A DNA stretch of 64,000 nucleotides, from the UHGV virus genome UHGV-0010228; one strand, 5' to 3'. The notes under the pieces are model-generated. The model was not told where the DNA came from. It saw only the letters and a list, made by a program, of their open reading frames with translations, and ran no database searches. Each line of letters starts with the position of its first letter. Position 1 is the first letter of the stretch. Source of the stretch: a virus. Both the position numbers and the translations under genes were made by a program. Shown piece after piece: positions 59,823 to 64,000 of the stretch.

Positions 59823-60179
59823 ATGGCTGATACTAGAAAGTTTATCAGAACAGATGCTAATGAACTCATCACATTTACGCATTATATGCCATTTGATGCA
59901 GTTCATGGTATGAAGAAGACAGAAGCTGAACTTCTTGAATCTGGTGGTTATCTTGTAGACGATATTCCAACAGCAACAGATGTTCCAGAAGGAAAGATAG
60001 CTTCAACTCACTATAATCCAACTAAGGGATTCTATTTCACTTATGAGGATGCTCCAGAACCAGTTGTTGAAGATTCTCCAGAAACTTTAACTGCGAAGGT
60101 AGCTGCTCTTGAAGAGTCAAATGAAACAATGGCAGAACTTCTTGACCAGATACTTATGGGTGAAGTTGAAATTGCTTAA
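59823..60179 (+). CDS. hypothetical protein (118 aa) downstream of fibre genes (XkdW-like position)
   Basis: AATGGAGG RBS; GC-richer than surroundings. Confidence 0.55.
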   Translation: MADTRKFIRTDANELITFTHYMPFDAVHGMKKTEAELLESGGYLVDDIPTATDVPEGKIASTHYNPTKGFYFTYEDAPEPVVEDSPETLTAKVAALEESNETMAELLDQILMGEVEIA

Positions 60180-60195
60180 AGGAGGAAATCTTAAT

Positions 60196-60309
60196 ATGGC
60201 AAAGTATCTTGCAATGAGAATCAAGGCTGGAAAGCTTGATAAGGATGAAGTATATGCTAGATATCCTAAGTATAAGGGTGCAATCGAAGCTATACTCGCC
60301 GAAGAGTAA
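60196..60309 (+). CDS. XkdX-like small protein (38 aa), tentative
   Basis: AAAGGAGGAAA RBS before internal ATG of track ORF 60109-60309; MAKYLAMRIKAGKLDKDEVYARYPKYKGAIEAILAEE; bidirectional hairpin follows. Confidence 0.45.
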   Translation: MAKYLAMRIKAGKLDKDEVYARYPKYKGAIEAILAEE

Positions 60310-60356
60310 AAAAAAAAGAAAACGAGAGGTAAGCATTGCTTACCTCTCTTATATTT
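60310..60356. terminator. bidirectional terminator between XkdX-like gene and DHH gene
   Basis: A10 run, gagaggtaagc att gcttacctctc, then ttatatttg. Confidence 0.7.
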
Positions 60357-60357
60357 G

Positions 60358-61485
60358 CTACTCTGTAGCTGCTAACTCCAGAGCTTTTGTAATGGTTGTA
60401 TCAACCATTATCTGTCTAAGCTCTGGAGTTATACCCGCTCCAGCGGCCTTCTTGTGGCCACCTCCGAGCGGGTTGAATGCCTTAGCTATTATGCTAAGGT
60501 CGATATCGTCTCTCTCAGTCCTGAGACTGATGGCGTTGTCGCCAATAATTGCGACAAAATCCAGCTCAGGATAAATTGCCATGAGCTCATGCCCCACATC
60601 GTTCATGAGCTTTTCCGCGAACACTGCGCGGAACTTGTACTCGTGGCCATTAATAGTCGCACTACGTTCGAAGCTCTTCTCGAGCTTCTTTTCAACGTAG
60701 TCAGCGTCCTGTTTAAGAACATTGATTACGAGTGATTTATAAATTCCATCGTGAATATTGTTGAGACCATATATTATTAAATCATTCATACTTCTTGGTG
60801 GTTTATTGATCTCATATGTTGCATATATGAGATCAATAAAGTTTCTACCGACATCACCACCCAAATGATACACCGTATTTAGCAATTGGGCCGAGTGATA
60901 AATTTTTGAATTTAGCCCTAATCCAGCAAACGAAATATTGTTTACGGGATCTTTTTTGAATTCATATGTATCATACATACGAATCATTTCGGAAACTAAG
61001 TCTCCGATTTCAAAGAAGATGTCGATATTCTCAATATCAACATATCGTAAAACCCCCCATACCAGGCTTGTAGCGCATATCGGCTCACCTTCGTATGATG
61101 AGAGGATGCAACTGTTTTCCTCCCACCACATATTGTCCCAGTCTACCTGGGTCTGGTGGTGATCTATCCAGATCACCTTATCCAGATGACCTGAGTTACT
61201 CAGGAGATCATATGCCTCCTGAGTCAAATTTAGATCTGTTACTACTAACAGATCTAAATCTGCGCTCTCAAATAATTCGAGAGCTTTTTCAAGGCTCTCG
61301 ATTAATGGCTTGCCTGGGTTTGATCTATCCCAGGTATGAGTTTTTTCCATGAAAGCCTGTTTAAACAGGCTTTCGCACCCATATCCGTCAAGATCTGTAT
61401 GCGAAATAGTATGGATTCTTTCTGGTGGATTCTCCACCATTTCAATAAGCTTTGACGAATATATATTCATTTCTCTGTAATCCAT
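60358..61485 (-). CDS. DHH/DHHA1 family phosphoesterase (NrnA-like nanoRNase / pAp or cyclic-dinucleotide phosphodiesterase)
   Basis: ISHTDLDGYGC (motif I), LLVVTDLN, VIWIDHHQT (DHH), C-terminal FNPLGGGHKKAAGAGI (DHHA1 GGGH); AAGGAGG RBS; GC ~45-50%. Confidence 0.75.
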   Translation of the reverse strand: MDYREMNIYSSKLIEMVENPPERIHTISHTDLDGYGCESLFKQAFMEKTHTWDRSNPGKPLIESLEKALELFESADLDLLVVTDLNLTQEAYDLLSNSGHLDKVIWIDHHQTQVDWDNMWWEENSCILSSYEGEPICATSLVWGVLRYVDIENIDIFFEIGDLVSEMIRMYDTYEFKKDPVNNISFAGLGLNSKIYHSAQLLNTVYHLGGDVGRNFIDLIYATYEINKPPRSMNDLIIYGLNNIHDGIYKSLVINVLKQDADYVEKKLEKSFERSATINGHEYKFRAVFAEKLMNDVGHELMAIYPELDFVAIIGDNAISLRTERDDIDLSIIAKAFNPLGGGHKKAAGAGITPELRQIMVDTTITKALELAATE

Positions 61486-61580
61486 AGTTTTATCCTCCTT
61501 ATAATAACTATGTAGCTTTAACTTTTCAATATAATAATATATTTATTAAAAAAAAACAAATTTCGGTATATTATCCACCC

Positions 61581-61597
61581 CAAAACACGATAATAAA
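61581..61597 (+). promoter_or_regulatory. conserved fibre-gene upstream motif caaaacacgataataaa
   Basis: 18 nt upstream of ATG 61615. Confidence 0.45.
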
Positions 61598-61614
61598 ACG
61601 GAGGTGATTAAATT

Positions 61615-64000
61615 ATGGCAGATGAACCTGTAATGTATGATAAAGTATATTATATCCATACTAAATTAACAGAAAAATTTCCTATTATTCCATACCGTAC
61701 AGTTGGTATGATAGATACTGATGATGCTGTATACTGTATGTGCCAAGTAACATCATCAACAGGAAATTATGAGATATATAAATTAGATATTCCAAGTGAT
61801 GGATTAACTCCGATATATGATAGAACCTTAACTTGGAAATCTGCCGCAGTTTTAAGTTATTCAGATTATGGTTATATCTATCATTATCAAAAGCCTAATT
61901 ATTATAGAATGAACGATAAAGATGCTGATTATAAATATTTTATTGTAACCGGTAATAAATTATATTTTAGCGATGACCCTGTTGGTCCTTTTACTAAAGC
62001 AACTGGAGATTTTCTGACTAGTACTGCTCCATCAAATATAGTTTATGCATATTCTAAATATTGTATAATTTATCAATATAGATTATACTCTTCAACTGAT
62101 GGAGTTATTTGGGAAATAGCTAATGCAAATCTCTATGATAAGACAAATTATCAGGGATTATTTATACTCAATAATCAATTAGTTGCTGCAGTTGTTGGTC
62201 TTGAATATTTATATATATTAATCGAAACTACTGGATCGTTACCTGGAACGTGGAAAGAGTATAAATATTTAAACGACTCTGTTGAAGGTGCATATAAAGG
62301 TAATTATATAGAAAGCGTTAATGATTTACTACTTAATGAAATATGTGGTGAAGATATAATTGTAATTAGTAAAATGTCAAATAATTATTTTAGTTATCAA
62401 TTTCACCTGGTAAATTTTAAAGATGGATTACCAACAGGTAGTAGCGGGGAGAATTTTTATTCACCACATGTTACAGATGCTAATAATGGGTTTTCATTAA
62501 TTCATTCATCTAAAAGTTATAAGAATGAATATTTCTTATGTTCAGAATCTAAATTGAATGATGTTAAACCTGCATTATCAATATATTCAAAATTAGATGC
62601 ACATAACCAATTTACAGATGTAAGTACTGATACATCTAGTTCTAGTAATAATCTATATACGTTTCAGTTAGATACGCCTACAGGATTTCATGTATCTAAG
62701 AATTGTGATTATGTAATATCATATCCAACTGATTCATCGGAATATATTAAAGAAAAACGAATTATTGATGTTGATCCATATATATTTGTAGCTTGTAGTT
62801 ATAGTGATAAAGGTCTTTATTATTCTAATGATGGTAAATCATGGATTCAATCTAATATAACTAATGGTAATTTTCATAATGTATATAATGCTAATGGTAT
62901 GTGGATAACATGTAGTTATGATAATAATGGTGGTAAAGGACTATATTATTCTACAGATGGTAAAATATGGACTCAATCTAATATAACTAGTGGAATATTT
63001 CATACTATATATAATGCTAATGGCATATGGGTAGCTGGTAGTTATAGTGATAAAGGTCTTTATTATTCTACAGATGGTAAAGTATGGACTCAATCTAATA
63101 TAACCAGTGGTAATTTTAATGATGTATATAATGCTAATGGTATATTTGTAGCATGTAGTTATAGTAGTAAAGGTCTTTATTATTCTACTGATGGTAAAAC
63201 ATGGACTCAATCTAATATAACTAGTGGTAGTTTTTATGATGTATATAATGCTAATGGCATATGGATTGCAGGTAGTTATGGTGATAAAGGTCTATATTAT
63301 TCTACAGATGGTAAAACATGGACTCAATCTAATATAACTAGTGGTAATTTTAGTGGCATATATAATGCTAATGGCATATGGGTAGCTGGTAATTATAGTA
63401 ATGGTCTTTATTATTCTACAGATGGTAGAGTATGGACTCAATCTAATATAACCAGTGGTAATTTTAGACGAGTATATAATGCTAATGGCATATGGGTAGC
63501 TGGTAATTATAGTAATGGTCTTTATTATTCTACAGATGGTAGAGTATGGACTCAATCTAATATAACTAGTGGTAGTTTTTATGATGTATATAATGCTAAT
63601 GGCATATGGATTGCAGGTAGTAATAAAGGATTATACTATTCTACAGACGGTAGATCATGGACTCAATCTAATATAACTAGTAGTAATTTTATTGACATAT
63701 ATAGTACAGTTAATATTATGGTTGGAGGTATTGGTAGTAATGGGCTTTATTATTCCACAGATGGTAAATCGTGGATTCAATCTAATATAACTAGTAGATA
63801 TTTTGAGAATATATATAATGCTAATGGTATATGGGTAGCTTGTAGTGGTAATGGTATTTATTATTCTACAGACGGTAAATCATGGAGTCGTGTTTTAAAC
63901 AAAAGTATTATTAATTCTATATATAATGCTAATGGTATATGGGTAGCTTGTAGTGATAATCATGAAGGTATATTCTATTCTACAGATGGTAAAGTATGGA
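61615..64000 (+). CDS. receptor-binding protein with tandem BNR-like 38-aa repeats, 3'-partial (runs off window)
   Basis: ACGGAGGTGA RBS; ATG 61615; no stop through 64000; repeat array from ~62770; missing from ORF track because incomplete. Confidence 0.7.
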   Translation, partial: MADEPVMYDKVYYIHTKLTEKFPIIPYRTVGMIDTDDAVYCMCQVTSSTGNYEIYKLDIPSDGLTPIYDRTLTWKSAAVLSYSDYGYIYHYQKPNYYRMNDKDADYKYFIVTGNKLYFSDDPVGPFTKATGDFLTSTAPSNIVYAYSKYCIIYQYRLYSSTDGVIWEIANANLYDKTNYQGLFILNNQLVAAVVGLEYLYILIETTGSLPGTWKEYKYLNDSVEGAYKGNYIESVNDLLLNEICGEDIIVISKMSNNYFSYQFHLVNFKDGLPTGSSGENFYSPHVTDANNGFSLIHSSKSYKNEYFLCSESKLNDVKPALSIYSKLDAHNQFTDVSTDTSSSSNNLYTFQLDTPTGFHVSKNCDYVISYPTDSSEYIKEKRIIDVDPYIFVACSYSDKGLYYSNDGKSWIQSNITNGNFHNVYNANGMWITCSYDNNGGKGLYYSTDGKIWTQSNITSGIFHTIYNANGIWVAGSYSDKGLYYSTDGKVWTQSNITSGNFNDVYNANGIFVACSYSSKGLYYSTDGKTWTQSNITSGSFYDVYNANGIWIAGSYGDKGLYYSTDGKTWTQSNITSGNFSGIYNANGIWVAGNYSNGLYYSTDGRVWTQSNITSGNFRRVYNANGIWVAGNYSNGLYYSTDGRVWTQSNITSGSFYDVYNANGIWIAGSNKGLYYSTDGRSWTQSNITSSNFIDIYSTVNIMVGGIGSNGLYYSTDGKSWIQSNITSRYFENIYNANGIWVACSGNGIYYSTDGKSWSRVLNKSIINSIYNANGIWVACSDNHEGIFYSTDGKVW
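62770..64000 (+). repeat. tandem BNR-like repeat array in partial fibre gene
   Basis: Same 114-bp unit family as 41468-42372 and 52556-53473. Confidence 0.8.

Overview
The window is AT-rich (~30% GC), and almost every gene is preceded by a strong AAGGAGG-type Shine-Dalgarno, so this is a tailed phage or prophage of a low-GC host that uses canonical RBSs (Firmicutes-like). I could not run any searches. Family calls rest on motifs I can read directly.

Layout:
- **1-14.9 kb (+ strand):** packaging and virion module. It holds a T4 gp17-like large terminase at 3486-5807 (Walker A PRQQGKTQ, Walker B FYDETDF, C-terminal RNase-H-like nuclease), several uncharacterised structural genes, and an 804-aa protein with an acidic tail.
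- **15.0-21.8 kb (- strand):** a leftward accessory block. It holds a clear polyphosphate kinase 1 homologue at 18268-19884 and a run of about seven small membrane-protein genes.
- **21.9-64.0 kb (mostly + strand):** a >40 kb receptor-binding / tail-fibre region. It contains at least 12 fibre-like genes, including a 1033-aa fibre with internal domain duplications, a 2153-aa giant, and a 1450-aa protein. Most of them carry BNR/Asp-box-like (YYSTDGKTWTQSNI) beta-propeller repeats. Within several genes these repeats sit in tandem arrays of near-identical 114-bp units.

The fibre region has an unusual modular architecture:
- An 89-bp perfect palindrome (P) recurs at cassette boundaries.
- Two nested sets of ~200-255 bp perfect inverted repeats each include promoter, RBS and the first 28-36 codons of convergent paralogous gene pairs (34426/36256 and 38379/54163).
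- Identical hairpin terminators flank a cassette.
- A conserved CAAAACAYC...ATAAA upstream motif precedes four large fibre genes.

GC-richer morons are embedded in the fibre region. One is a DHH/DHHA1 (NrnA-like) phosphoesterase at 60358-61485. Another is a 176-aa gene at 46363-46893.

No recombinase, reverse transcriptase, tRNA or CRISPR array is visible in the window.
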